The notes under the pieces: model-generated
Seen by the model: the letters and a program-made list of their open reading frames with translations, nothing else
What the model was told of the DNA's origin: nothing
Databases searched by the model: none
Program-made: the position numbers and the translations under genes
NCBI GenBank assembly: GCA_021399345.1
Contig: JAAFKI010000022.1
Location: 18,609-50,608 of the forward strand
Source: Candidatus Heimdallarchaeota archaeon
GTDB lineage: Archaea > Asgardarchaeota > Heimdallarchaeia > Heimdallarchaeales > Heimdallarchaeaceae
Direction of reading: 5' to 3'
DNA: 32,000 nt
In this document: positions 1 to 8,919 of the stretch, one piece after another
Layout: the number at the start of each line of letters is the position of its first letter
How positions within the stretch are numbered: position 1 is the first letter of the stretch

Positions 1-287
1 GTAAGGCATAAAGATCTACCAAGATGAAAAGCTGAATCAATAATAAGGAATTTATTACCAATTTTCACACTCTTTTTAACAGCTTTTTCACCAAATTCTA
101 TTGCCTTAGTAAATGGTTGAAAAATACTATACAATTGCGTTTTTAATTTATAACAAAAGACTCTATCCTCAGACGTAACATCGCTTCTTCGTTCTATAGA
201 ATCTATTTCTTTTAGTGCCTCATAATATCTGCCAGTAAGAAATATATTCTCAATTGCTTCAAATTTCTCGTCTGAAACAGTCTTCAT
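1..287 (-). CDS. Hypothetical protein, N-terminal part (helical/TPR-like), runs off the window edge
   Basis: The reverse strand is open from the ATG (complement of 285-287) to position 1, 95 codons without a stop in AT-rich DNA. Translation: MKTVSDEKFEAIENIFLTGRYYEALKEIDSIERRSD...GEKAVKKSVKIGNKFLIIDSAFHLGRSLCL. It is absent from the ORF track because it is truncated. Confidence 0.4.
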   Translation of the reverse strand, partial: MKTVSDEKFEAIENIFLTGRYYEALKEIDSIERRSDVTSEDRVFCYKLKTQLYSIFQPFTKAIEFGEKAVKKSVKIGNKFLIIDSAFHLGRSLCL

Positions 288-361
288 TATGGCACTTCTA
301 TGAAATTATAAATCTCTTCAAGAAGAGAATGGTCATTAATAGGTTTTTCGGGAAAAATAAT

Positions 362-698
362 AGACAACTGAGCCGAACATAGCGACCTGTTGTTCGACGC
401 CATTTCAGAAGCCGTTTCTTAATCATAAGCTCCACGCCGCTTGCTATGGGCACCACATATCAATCTTAGAGCTGCTTACTTCCGTACCTGGCTCATTTTG
501 ACTTCAACCTTTCTAACGATTTCCTCCGAAATCGCCTCCAGTGTACACAGTCTCATAGGGCAGCGCTTCGACGCCATCCGATTAAGGCGTATCAACCTCA
601 ACGAAGCCTCAGCAACAGCATTCACCCCAGCATATAGAGCGCTTCTGGTACAAGGACGCCCTAGGTCCCCGGCTAGTCGTTGCTATCGACTCAGTTTC
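362..698 (-). ncRNA. ffs: Signal recognition particle RNA (archaeal 7S-type, with Alu domain)
   Basis: GC-rich island in AT-rich DNA. The reverse strand carries the helix-8 signature GCCAGGUACGGAAGUAAGCAGC (complement of 471-492) with a GGAA tetraloop, matching the conserved CCAGGCCCGGAAGGGAGCA. The 5' Alu-domain-like segment is CUAGCCGGGGACCUAGGGCGUCCUUGUACC. The termini pair (AACUGAG...CUCAGUU), and a U-rich stretch follows the 3' end. Confidence 0.8.
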
Positions 699-785
699 TA
701 GTAAGCAAAAGATGTAAGACCAATTTAAACATTGCTATTTTTGGTTAATACACCACTTTTTGTTTATTTACCTAAAGAAGAACTT

Positions 786-1355
786 ATGAACGATTATTTT
801 GGTTTAGCTTTAATGCCTGAATCAGCTGATGATAATCAATTTACTGAAGAATTTATTCAAGCTATTGATGATTTCCTAAAGGATGCTACTAAGCTTGCAA
901 TTCTTGGTATTGGAAATGAAGATAATGGAGACGATGCAGTAGGATTGTATATCCTTACTATTCTTCAAGAAGCAAACCTACCAGATTGGGTAACAAATTT
1001 TTATTGTGAAAAAGTGCCTGAACATTTTCTTGGGAAATTTAGAAAATTAGAGCCAGACAGAATCATTATTTTAGATGCTGCAGATATGAAAGAAATACCA
1101 GGAGCTATTGCAATCTTTCCCAAAGAAGCTGTTTCTAGTGGTTTTCATCTTTCAACTCACACATTGTCTTTAACAATGCTTGAAGAGTTTCTCAAACCAG
1201 TTGTTCCAGATCTAATTACAATGTATGTGGGTATTCAACCAAAGGATCTATATTTTGACACCCCTCTTTCAAAGGAGTGTAAGGATGCAGCTGAAGAATT
1301 TGCAGAACTATTAATAGAGAGAATAAATCTTACAAACAAAAATAGAACAAAATAA
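786..1355 (+). CDS. hycI: [NiFe]-hydrogenase maturation endopeptidase (HycI/HybD family)
   Basis: Family motifs are present: LGIGNEDNGDDAVG (GxGNxxxxDDxxG), IILDAADM and LSTHTLSL, giving the Asp/Asp/His metal ligands. ATG at 786 is preferred over the TTG at 732 in the ORF track. Confidence 0.8.
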   Translation: MNDYFGLALMPESADDNQFTEEFIQAIDDFLKDATKLAILGIGNEDNGDDAVGLYILTILQEANLPDWVTNFYCEKVPEHFLGKFRKLEPDRIIILDAADMKEIPGAIAIFPKEAVSSGFHLSTHTLSLTMLEEFLKPVVPDLITMYVGIQPKDLYFDTPLSKECKDAAEEFAELLIERINLTNKNRTK

Positions 1356-1444
1356 GTTGAGAATTCTTATTATTGGAGTGTAAATTTACAGTTCATATAC
1401 CAGAAGAATTTCAAAATTAGAGACATTTCATTATATTAATCTAA

Positions 1445-1948
1445 TCATTTTTTTTTCTTAACCTTGCTAAGTAAAAATGAAATTATCCCCCATAGTACAT
1501 TTAGATTCGGTACTCGTCCCATATATTCTGTATAATCATCTCCAAACTTTGCAATTAATGCTTTATTAGCACTTAGAGAATCAACATATGTTGCTATTAT
1601 CACAGGTACACATAGAATGTCTACTACCCAATGTTGTGAGATAAATACTAATGCAAGACTCCAAAAAATTCCTGCTAAAAATTGTGGATGTCTAACAATC
1701 GCATAAATTCCTGTATCCACTATTTTAGTAGTTTTAATGTAACTGGATTTTTTTGGTACTCCTCCCAGCTTTCTAAATGTTAGAATAGGGAGAACACCAA
1801 AAATGATGGAAAAACCCCATAATATATATCCAAAGATGACAAGACCATATTTATCATAGTAATTTGGCCAAAGAGCAAAAGTTAGTATAATCTGTGCCAA
1901 TATTGCTACCCAAGTTATCGTTACAGGAAGGAATTCTTGTACTTTCAT
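1445..1948 (-). CDS. Isoprenylcysteine carboxyl / phospholipid methyltransferase family membrane protein
   Basis: Polytopic hydrophobic protein of 167 aa with the family-typical GIYAIVRHPQFLAGIFWSLALVF segment (RHPxY/F motif). Confidence 0.65.
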   Translation of the reverse strand: MKVQEFLPVTITWVAILAQIILTFALWPNYYDKYGLVIFGYILWGFSIIFGVLPILTFRKLGGVPKKSSYIKTTKIVDTGIYAIVRHPQFLAGIFWSLALVFISQHWVVDILCVPVIIATYVDSLSANKALIAKFGDDYTEYMGRVPNLNVLWGIISFLLSKVKKKK

Positions 1949-2103
1949 ATATTAAACCTCTTCAATTTCCAAACAAAGTGATTCACATTAAAGTTAATAA
2001 AGAATGTTATTTGATTTTCCTTACTTTCCATATTTCTTTAATCAAAAAAAATTAAAGCATAAATTCTCTGTGTATATCCCCTAAGAGTATCAAAGAATTT
2101 AAT

Positions 2104-2655
2104 TTAATCAATCTGTCCCAGAATGGCCCTAGCAAATTCTCTAGCATTTGCTAAATCGTTCTCATCAGGGTGCTTTTTGATGATTTCCAAATATATTGAC
2201 CATTGTTCCTTATCTGTAACAATTTGATCATGAATGAACTTCTCTATAGGTGGCGAAGGTATTCCCATACAATTGAAGAACCCTAAGAATTTAATATTGT
2301 TATTATGAGCAAAACTCTCAAAAGATTTAATGCATTTTCCAGCCCATTGTTCATACATACTCTTCTCATATTCTCCTGCTTCAGAAGTATATGATGCATG
2401 TGTAACAAAACCAGCAAGTTTAAACCCTGATGCAGATGGAGTTTGTTCAAGCAGTTGCAAAACAGGAAGAGCTAAATCAGAATCATGGCATGCTGAACCT
2501 AAGAAAACTAAATCATAATTTGCAAAATCCTTCATTGATATATCATTCATATCCTTCAAGTCAGCTTCATGATTTTCAGATGAAGTTTCATAAATTGCTT
2601 CTGCGATTTTTTTTGTGTTCCCTGTTACACTATGATATGTTACTAGTATTTTCAT
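2104..2655 (-). CDS. Flavodoxin-like protein
   Basis: The N-terminus MKILVTYHSVTGNTKKIAEAIYE is the classic flavodoxin FMN phosphate-binding loop (T/SxTGNT). Length is 183 aa. Confidence 0.75.
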   Translation of the reverse strand: MKILVTYHSVTGNTKKIAEAIYETSSENHEADLKDMNDISMKDFANYDLVFLGSACHDSDLALPVLQLLEQTPSASGFKLAGFVTHASYTSEAGEYEKSMYEQWAGKCIKSFESFAHNNNIKFLGFFNCMGIPSPPIEKFIHDQIVTDKEQWSIYLEIIKKHPDENDLANAREFARAILGQID

Positions 2656-2754
2656 AGTATAATTTGAAACTCTAGCTTATTTAATAATAACCATTCTCTA
2701 AAGTTAAATATAGAAATTTTCCAGAAGCACTCAACAATTTAAAAATAGTTAGTT

Positions 2755-4242
2755 TCAGCTTCTTGAAGGATTTAACAAGGGATAGAAATCATATAAGTCC
2801 CCATCTGGACAATCAATCTTATAGTATCCAGTACCACTCCAGTCTGACCAATAATTTCCCTCATTTGACAATATATCATACCAAAAATTAGGATAATCAA
2901 GTTCCCATTGTATAGCTTGAGAACTCTCAAAATAATGAATAACCTCTTGATGATTTCCGACAAATGTGTTATGATGTACGCTATTGTTTTTTGAATTCAT
3001 ATTAATATACACCCCATACCTAGTATTCTCGACTAACAAATTGTATGTCATGTTACATAGGCTAGAATACCACAAATAAATTCCATATCCATTATTCTTG
3101 CAGTCATTATAGTCTATAAATATAGAAGAACAATAATAATCTAGAAATATGCCTGCAATAGAGTTGCTATTACAAATGTTATAAGTAAAACTTGAATTGG
3201 ATGTAAAAATGGAGTAAATTCCATTTCCACAATTGATAAATTGATTCTGAGTTATACAAAGCCCAGTAGAATTAATCAAGGATATACCTGCTTGAAGATT
3301 CTCAAAAACCTGATTTTTAACTGTTACATCTGTACATTCACAGAGAATGATTTGACCATAGTCTGAATCTTCTATAACACTAGATGTTAAATTATAGAAG
3401 AACCCCAATTTTTTTCCATTTATCGTATTGTCGAACACTTGCAATGTGGAAAAATCATAACCAGACTGCCACATATCATTTAATGTAAAGCCATTGTTCT
3501 TGAAATTATTTTCTGCAATTATGATAAATTCATTATTAGCTGACCCAATTCCGGCAACTATATTGTTCTTCACCAAATTATTTGTAATTGTTACATTAAA
3601 AGACCTAGAAGCATAAATTCCATACCCAGCTACATCTTCACAAGTATTTTCTACAACTATCATTTCATTGCAAGATTCCATGAATATACCAAAATCATAC
3701 ATCTGAAGACAAGAATTTTTAGAAACTGTGGTATTTGTGTTTTTGTACAAGTAAATCCCCCCAAATTGCATCCCAAACCACCAAATATAATTACCTTCCT
3801 TTTCCTTTTTACATACATTATCTGAAACAATTGTTCCTGTAGTATTGTATAGGTAAATTCCATAATACGAACTAATACAAGTATTGTCTGTTATTGAGAC
3901 AGTTTCTTTTGCGGTGCTAGATATAAGGATTCCATATGCATTAACATCAATGTAACAATTTGTAATTATGAAATATTTTGTTGTTCCAGAAATTCGAATT
4001 CCAAAATCTTCACTGGAGACAATCTTATACCTTTCAATCTTGAATGGATCATCTTTTGTTCCAGAACCACTAACTGAATAATCTTTCAGTTCTGAGTCTG
4101 ATTCGATTTTAATAGGATCTATAGAAGTGTAATTGGGTGAGAGAGTTAAGAATACAACAGTTATTACTGAAGAGCTAATCAGAATTACTAAGAAAAAATA
4201 GAACAGAACTTTTTTACTAAGAAGTAATGCCTTTAAACTCAA
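2755..4242 (-). CDS. Secreted/anchored right-handed parallel beta-helix repeat protein (PbH1/NosD-like)
   Basis: N-terminal TM/signal segment (FYFFLVILISSSVITVVFLTL). It is followed by many ~22-aa repeats rich in N, G, I and Y (NxCxxNxxYGIYL-type), typical of beta-helix proteins. The start codon is TTG. Confidence 0.65.
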   Translation of the reverse strand: MSLKALLLSKKVLFYFFLVILISSSVITVVFLTLSPNYTSIDPIKIESDSELKDYSVSGSGTKDDPFKIERYKIVSSEDFGIRISGTTKYFIITNCYIDVNAYGILISSTAKETVSITDNTCISSYYGIYLYNTTGTIVSDNVCKKEKEGNYIWWFGMQFGGIYLYKNTNTTVSKNSCLQMYDFGIFMESCNEMIVVENTCEDVAGYGIYASRSFNVTITNNLVKNNIVAGIGSANNEFIIIAENNFKNNGFTLNDMWQSGYDFSTLQVFDNTINGKKLGFFYNLTSSVIEDSDYGQIILCECTDVTVKNQVFENLQAGISLINSTGLCITQNQFINCGNGIYSIFTSNSSFTYNICNSNSIAGIFLDYYCSSIFIDYNDCKNNGYGIYLWYSSLCNMTYNLLVENTRYGVYINMNSKNNSVHHNTFVGNHQEVIHYFESSQAIQWELDYPNFWYDILSNEGNYWSDWSGTGYYKIDCPDGDLYDFYPLLNPSRS

Positions 4243-4423
4243 GGTAACCAGTCTCTCAAATTATTTGTCTACTAATCATAAATTATTCTATAAGATTAAA
4301 AAGATTCTTGATTATTTTGTCAAATAAAAGAACTCTTTTATTTGTATTATTTTTGCATTCTTAAAGAGCATTGAGGAGCTATAAAAATTGTCAGAGCCAA
4401 CGCAAAAATATAGAGATAAAGAA

Positions 4424-4507
4424 ATGGTTAATGCAATAATAAAAAAAATCAAACAGTTAACAGAACAGATTGGTGAGAAAGTACGCATCATGCATGTTTG
4501 TGGGTAA
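4424..4507 (+). pseudogene. 27-codon relic resembling the HypD N-terminus, stopping inside the CGxH motif
   Basis: Translation: MVNAIIKKIKQLTEQIGEKVRIMHVCG*. Compare the intact HypD in this window (...KIRELMKQLNREIHIQHVCGTHEYAIM) and the E. coli HypD LRIMEVCGGHTH motif. The DNA sequences are diverged, so this is not a recent duplication. Confidence 0.4.
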
Positions 4508-4551
4508 ACTCCTATTTGATATTAATTTAACGATAGGAGGTTGTTAAAATA

Positions 4552-6132
4552 ATGAACATTTCATTGTCGAAAAAGACCAGAAAATTGCTTGTGATTGTTC
4601 TGGTGAGTTTAATAATCATTGTGTATCCAACAACATTTCTTCAACATGCAGAAGCTGCTGATAGTGGGTACGTTATTATCTATTCCCCTACAGCCTATGA
4701 AAGATATCCTTATTGGGAAAGTGTGAACGTCTATTATCGAGTAGTAGTTCGTTCTGGTTGGTTACTAGAATCTTCGAGGATTTTTATTGATGGCCATTAT
4801 AAAGGCATGTATTCCCAATCATTTGTCAATGTCAATATCCATGGTTTAGCTTCGAAAATACATACATTGAAAATAGAAGTTAATTGTTTTAGAGCTAGAC
4901 CTTTTGATTATGACCAATACAACACCTTTAGAACCTTTTATACCTATTCAGCAACTGATCAAGATGACATAAATGACCTGAGAATCGATAAACTGCATGA
5001 TCTTGGGAAAGCTGGACAAGGAGCGACTATTTGCGTGATGATTGATGGTCTAGGGTATAATGACGTCATTAACTCCAACTATCACCCGTCCATCTATAAG
5101 GAATATTCTAATGTTATCAGAGATGTAGAGTACTTTATATTTGATAGAGACTCGGAAGGAGATAATCCAAGTTTTATGAAACTTACTTCCAATTGGGATC
5201 AACTAAGTGCATCTGCAAAATGGGATGCGATTAGAAATGAAGAGGATGGTTATAGACTTAAAAATGCTGGAAACACGGATAATATACACGGTACAAGTGT
5301 TTTAAGTGTTTTAGTTCAAATTGCTCCTCATGCAAAGTATATGTTTGTTGAGCATCGAGGGAATCCTTTGAAAGAGTTAGCTGCAATAAGATGGATCTCT
5401 GAAAATGATATTCATATAAATTATGATATAGAAGTAATCAGTTTATTTTGGGGAGACTCCAAGGTTTACGTAGAGGGTTACTTAGGTATTGTGCATTCTT
5501 GGTTTTGGGGTACAACATATGATTTTGATGACTACGAAGCTTGGTTTGATGATATCGCCAATGGTGGTGGAAGGAATAACAAAGTAATTACGGTTGCTCC
5601 TTCAACTAATCAAGCAATGACATTTTCACAAAAAATTTATGCTCGCTTTCCAGCGTCTCTATCAACAGTTATAGGAGTTACAGGAGTCTATGATAGAGAT
5701 AATGGTGATTCTTCTTGGAAGTTAAAAACAGGTGATGAAGGAGATGCTGCAGGAGACTGCAATGGATACGGTATCGATATAGCGGCTATCGATTATTATA
5801 CTACTATTCCTTGGGAACCAGATACAGGTATTTATGCAATTGCTGGCTCTTGTAATGCTGCCACTTTTGTTTCTGGGATTACTGCTATCTTGAAACAATA
5901 CTGTGATCCTTTAACTATTTCTCAACTTCAAGATGTATTGAAATATACTGGTGATGCAGAAGGAGACTCTCCCAAGAATTATGGTACAGAAAGTGGAGGG
6001 GCATACGAATCCTTGGATCCTTATGACGAATCTACTAGCTTTGGTTATTATCCTGGCAATTATAGAGTAGCTTGGGGAATAATCGATTCCTATGAAACCT
6101 ATTTATATATAAAAGATAACATTATGCCCTAA
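4552..6132 (+). CDS. Secreted subtilase (S8)-like protein with Cys at the nucleophile position
   Basis: GGAGG Shine-Dalgarno sequence upstream and a signal peptide ending in AEA. S8-like blocks: ATICVMIDGLGYN (Asp165), NIHGTSVLSVL (His246), VAPSTNQ (Asn), and AGSCNAATFVSGITAIL aligning to sGTSMAaPHVaGaaALl with Cys434 (5851-5853) in place of the catalytic Ser. Confidence 0.6.
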   Translation: MNISLSKKTRKLLVIVLVSLIIIVYPTTFLQHAEAADSGYVIIYSPTAYERYPYWESVNVYYRVVVRSGWLLESSRIFIDGHYKGMYSQSFVNVNIHGLASKIHTLKIEVNCFRARPFDYDQYNTFRTFYTYSATDQDDINDLRIDKLHDLGKAGQGATICVMIDGLGYNDVINSNYHPSIYKEYSNVIRDVEYFIFDRDSEGDNPSFMKLTSNWDQLSASAKWDAIRNEEDGYRLKNAGNTDNIHGTSVLSVLVQIAPHAKYMFVEHRGNPLKELAAIRWISENDIHINYDIEVISLFWGDSKVYVEGYLGIVHSWFWGTTYDFDDYEAWFDDIANGGGRNNKVITVAPSTNQAMTFSQKIYARFPASLSTVIGVTGVYDRDNGDSSWKLKTGDEGDAAGDCNGYGIDIAAIDYYTTIPWEPDTGIYAIAGSCNAATFVSGITAILKQYCDPLTISQLQDVLKYTGDAEGDSPKNYGTESGGAYESLDPYDESTSFGYYPGNYRVAWGIIDSYETYLYIKDNIMP

Positions 6133-6200
6133 TTAATTCAAATTCATAGATAATTTGTGTAGAAGAAGGAACGTTAAAACAAAATAAGGAGAACATCCAC

Positions 6201-7148
6201 ATGGGAAGAAAAAAAAGAGTAATTTCAATTTCAATAATAGTGCTAACTATTTTTATGATTTGTTCTTCTTCTTTTATTTTAAGGCAAGAAGCTTCAAATA
6301 TTTACCAACTGGGAGCTTTGAGCCATTCAAGTTCTTCTGGAAAAGTCAAAACAGATGAAAAATCTTTAACAAATGAACTAACTGATGATTTTCAATTAAT
6401 AATAAATGCTCCAGTAATAGCACAAAATACTACTTATTTAACAGTGATGAATCTGAATATTACATTCTCTAATGATACAGCGATAATTGATGCAAGTGCA
6501 GAAGATAATGTAACATTAATAATTTTCAATGATAAGGGTTTTTCAAGCAATTATACAATGGATTACGACTTGAATCGATTTAATGGCTGGGGAAAGGACA
6601 TATTTATTTTATATTATGAATATCCAGGGACATATTATATCGATTTAATCGTATCAACAGGATTGTATTATTATAATAATACTCTTGACTCATTTGAAAT
6701 AGGTTTCAGTGTCTCTTTTAGAATACCTCTACTTGGCTTAAGTAATGAAAGTAGTATAATGCAAATATCTGTTTCTATCACTATAAAACCAAATATTTAT
6801 CTTGATTATGTTCTGTTTAGTAGTACTATCTATGGGTGTATCTTCAATTCTTCTAATTATAATGTCAAAACAGTCATACTAACTTGGGGAGGATTTAGTT
6901 TTTGGTGGTACCGTTGGAATTCTATTCTCAATATTGATGATTTGGAAACGGGGTATTATTATGCAATAGGATTTGTTGTTTATGAGGAAGAATTGTTCAT
7001 TTCTCCTCCTTCAAATATACTCTTTTATATGCCTGATCAACCTACAGAAACACCAACAACGAGTGGGGATAAGACGGTGTTGATTATCATTTCAATCAGT
7101 CTTATAAGTTTCGTGCATCTATTAAGGAAGAAAAAATATAAGCAATAG
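6201..7148 (+). CDS. Secreted protein of unknown function with C-terminal TM anchor (paralog A)
   Basis: AGGAG Shine-Dalgarno sequence and an N-terminal signal/TM segment. Many N-x-S/T sequons, a Thr/Pro linker, then a C-terminal TM segment plus basic tail (LISFVHLLRKKKYKQ). It is clearly paralogous to 7414-8388. Confidence 0.6.
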   Translation: MGRKKRVISISIIVLTIFMICSSSFILRQEASNIYQLGALSHSSSSGKVKTDEKSLTNELTDDFQLIINAPVIAQNTTYLTVMNLNITFSNDTAIIDASAEDNVTLIIFNDKGFSSNYTMDYDLNRFNGWGKDIFILYYEYPGTYYIDLIVSTGLYYYNNTLDSFEIGFSVSFRIPLLGLSNESSIMQISVSITIKPNIYLDYVLFSSTIYGCIFNSSNYNVKTVILTWGGFSFWWYRWNSILNIDDLETGYYYAIGFVVYEEELFISPPSNILFYMPDQPTETPTTSGDKTVLIIISISLISFVHLLRKKKYKQ

Positions 7149-7413
7149 ATTAGACAACTTTTTTGAAATTTATTGGAGTATTGACAAAACAGATTCTGAA
7201 ATGTAGCATTAAAAAATATAAAACTATGATAGCAAAATCAAACTACAGTTTGTACAAGAATTTGAAGATATTTTAGTTATTGAATTGCAGGGAAATTATT
7301 TATGTCTATGAATCTTATTTGTATGTCCTTGACAATATAATGCCATAGTATAATTTATTTATATTAAAACTTCAGATAAACATGAAAACTAATAATACCA
7401 AAATGAAAAGAAG

Positions 7414-8388
7414 ATGAAAACAGCAACTAAAAGAGGTGAAAACAAAGTGAGAAGAAAATATGGTAAGAACTTGTGGATCAGCTATATATTACTTGTTCTC
7501 TTATTGACAAGTTCATTTCTTGTCACTTCTGCTCAATATACTCTTATCAAAAAACAGAAAAATACTCCTCCAACTCCTCTCTCCTTTACAGTTACTGAGA
7601 GTGGAGAACAGCAAATACCCCCTAGTACTAACGCTGATCCTTTTCAATTACTTATCAACAACTTAACCATAGTTTATAATTGGACACATTTGACACTAAC
7701 TAATCTAACAATTACTTTTACCAATGGAACAGATATAACTCAAGTTAGCGCAGAAGATAATGTTACTCTTTTAGTCTACAACAGTATTGGCTTTTCTCGA
7801 GAGTATACAATGATCTATGAAAATGATATCTACCAAGGTTGGGGGAATCTCATTAATGTTGATAGTGGTTATAGCCCTAGAAGATATTATGTTGATTTAC
7901 TAATCACCACAGAAGATTACTATTATAACGGGAATGTTTACTCTTTTAAAAAATACTTTAAGATAAAGTTTGGAAACCATTACTTTGATATGGATGTAGA
8001 AGGAATGTTTACTGTTGCTACTTCTATTTCTGTTGAACCACATGATTATAATGACTATATTTTAATCCTCAACAGTGAGATTTATGCTAGCATTTTCAAT
8101 TCTTCTGATCATAATGTTAAGAATGTACTAGCACAATATCAGGGGTTTAGTGCGTGGTGGTATTTTTATCGCACTGAAGAATTTAGTTTGGAAGACTTTG
8201 CACCAGGATATTATTATGCGTATATGATCGTAATCTATGACGAAGAATTGTATTTTTCTCCACCTTCTAACATAATCAACACTGGGGAAGAAGAACCTAC
8301 AAAAAGCAGTATTAATTTGTTCTGGTTACTTGGCTTTTTTGTAGTAATTACTCTTGTTCGTCTATCAAGAGCTAGAAAAAAAATATAG
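7414..8388 (+). CDS. Secreted protein of unknown function with C-terminal TM anchor (paralog B)
   Basis: Shares blocks with 6201-7148: LTLTNLTITFTNGTDITQVSAEDNVTLLVYNSIGFSREYTM versus LTVMNLNITFSNDTAIIDASAEDNVTLIIFNDKGFSSNYTM, and GYYYAYMIVIYDEELYFSPPSNI versus GYYYAIGFVVYEEELFISPPSNI. Its C-terminus is a TM segment plus RARKKI. Confidence 0.6.
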   Translation: MKTATKRGENKVRRKYGKNLWISYILLVLLLTSSFLVTSAQYTLIKKQKNTPPTPLSFTVTESGEQQIPPSTNADPFQLLINNLTIVYNWTHLTLTNLTITFTNGTDITQVSAEDNVTLLVYNSIGFSREYTMIYENDIYQGWGNLINVDSGYSPRRYYVDLLITTEDYYYNGNVYSFKKYFKIKFGNHYFDMDVEGMFTVATSISVEPHDYNDYILILNSEIYASIFNSSDHNVKNVLAQYQGFSAWWYFYRTEEFSLEDFAPGYYYAYMIVIYDEELYFSPPSNIINTGEEEPTKSSINLFWLLGFFVVITLVRLSRARKKI

Positions 8389-8919
8389 AAGATTATATGA
8401 GACTGTTTCTGAAGGGATGAATAAATATGTTCACACGTATATTTCTAGACTCCTTGACCTATATGAGTATAAAGAGATACATGAATGGTTAACACCATAT
8501 CTTTAATGAATAAATCTCACCTTATTTATGTTCAATTATTATCTAATTCATAGTCTTCTTCAATTTCATCTCTTACATTTTTCCGAAAATCGGAATCAAC
8601 TATTACATGAAGTTCATTTTCAGATTGTAATTCAAATTGATGATTGAGATGTATATCAAATAGAATGAGCTTAATTGGCACATTTTTCTACTGATTGGAT
8701 CAAGTGTTTTACTGTTCGTCCTGATAATATCTTCAATCGATTTAATTATGTCTTTCTCCAGTTATTGTCCTTAGTTCTTCTGTTCTTTCTTATTTCCTTT
8801 TCACTCACTATCTGAAAGAACACAAATTTTACAAAAGATGGGTTAAATCTCCTATTTGTCCTGACTGTAACTTTCAGTTTGACCCAGATTCCAAATTCTG
8901 CCCTAATTGTGCAAGAAAA

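Noticed and set aside
362-698. First impression that this GC-rich structured region might be RNase P RNA
   Set aside because: There is no GAGGAAAGUCC-type CR-I or ACAGAA...GGCUUA CR-V motif. The helix-8 motif CCAGGUACGGAAGUAAGCAGC and the Alu-domain 5' sequence fit SRP RNA instead.
441-701. 86-aa plus-strand ORF from the ORF track
   Set aside because: It lies entirely inside the GC-rich SRP RNA gene on the opposite strand. The open frame is a by-product of the RNA's GC-rich composition.
2330-2657. Plus-strand ORFs 2330..2518 and 2430..2657
   Set aside because: They are antisense to the flavodoxin gene, with low-complexity translations and no motifs.
7329-7354. Bacterial-looking TTGACA ... 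TATAAT pair upstream of paralog B
   Set aside because: The spacing is only 14 nt. The rest of the window points to an archaeal host, where TATA/BRE elements would be used instead.
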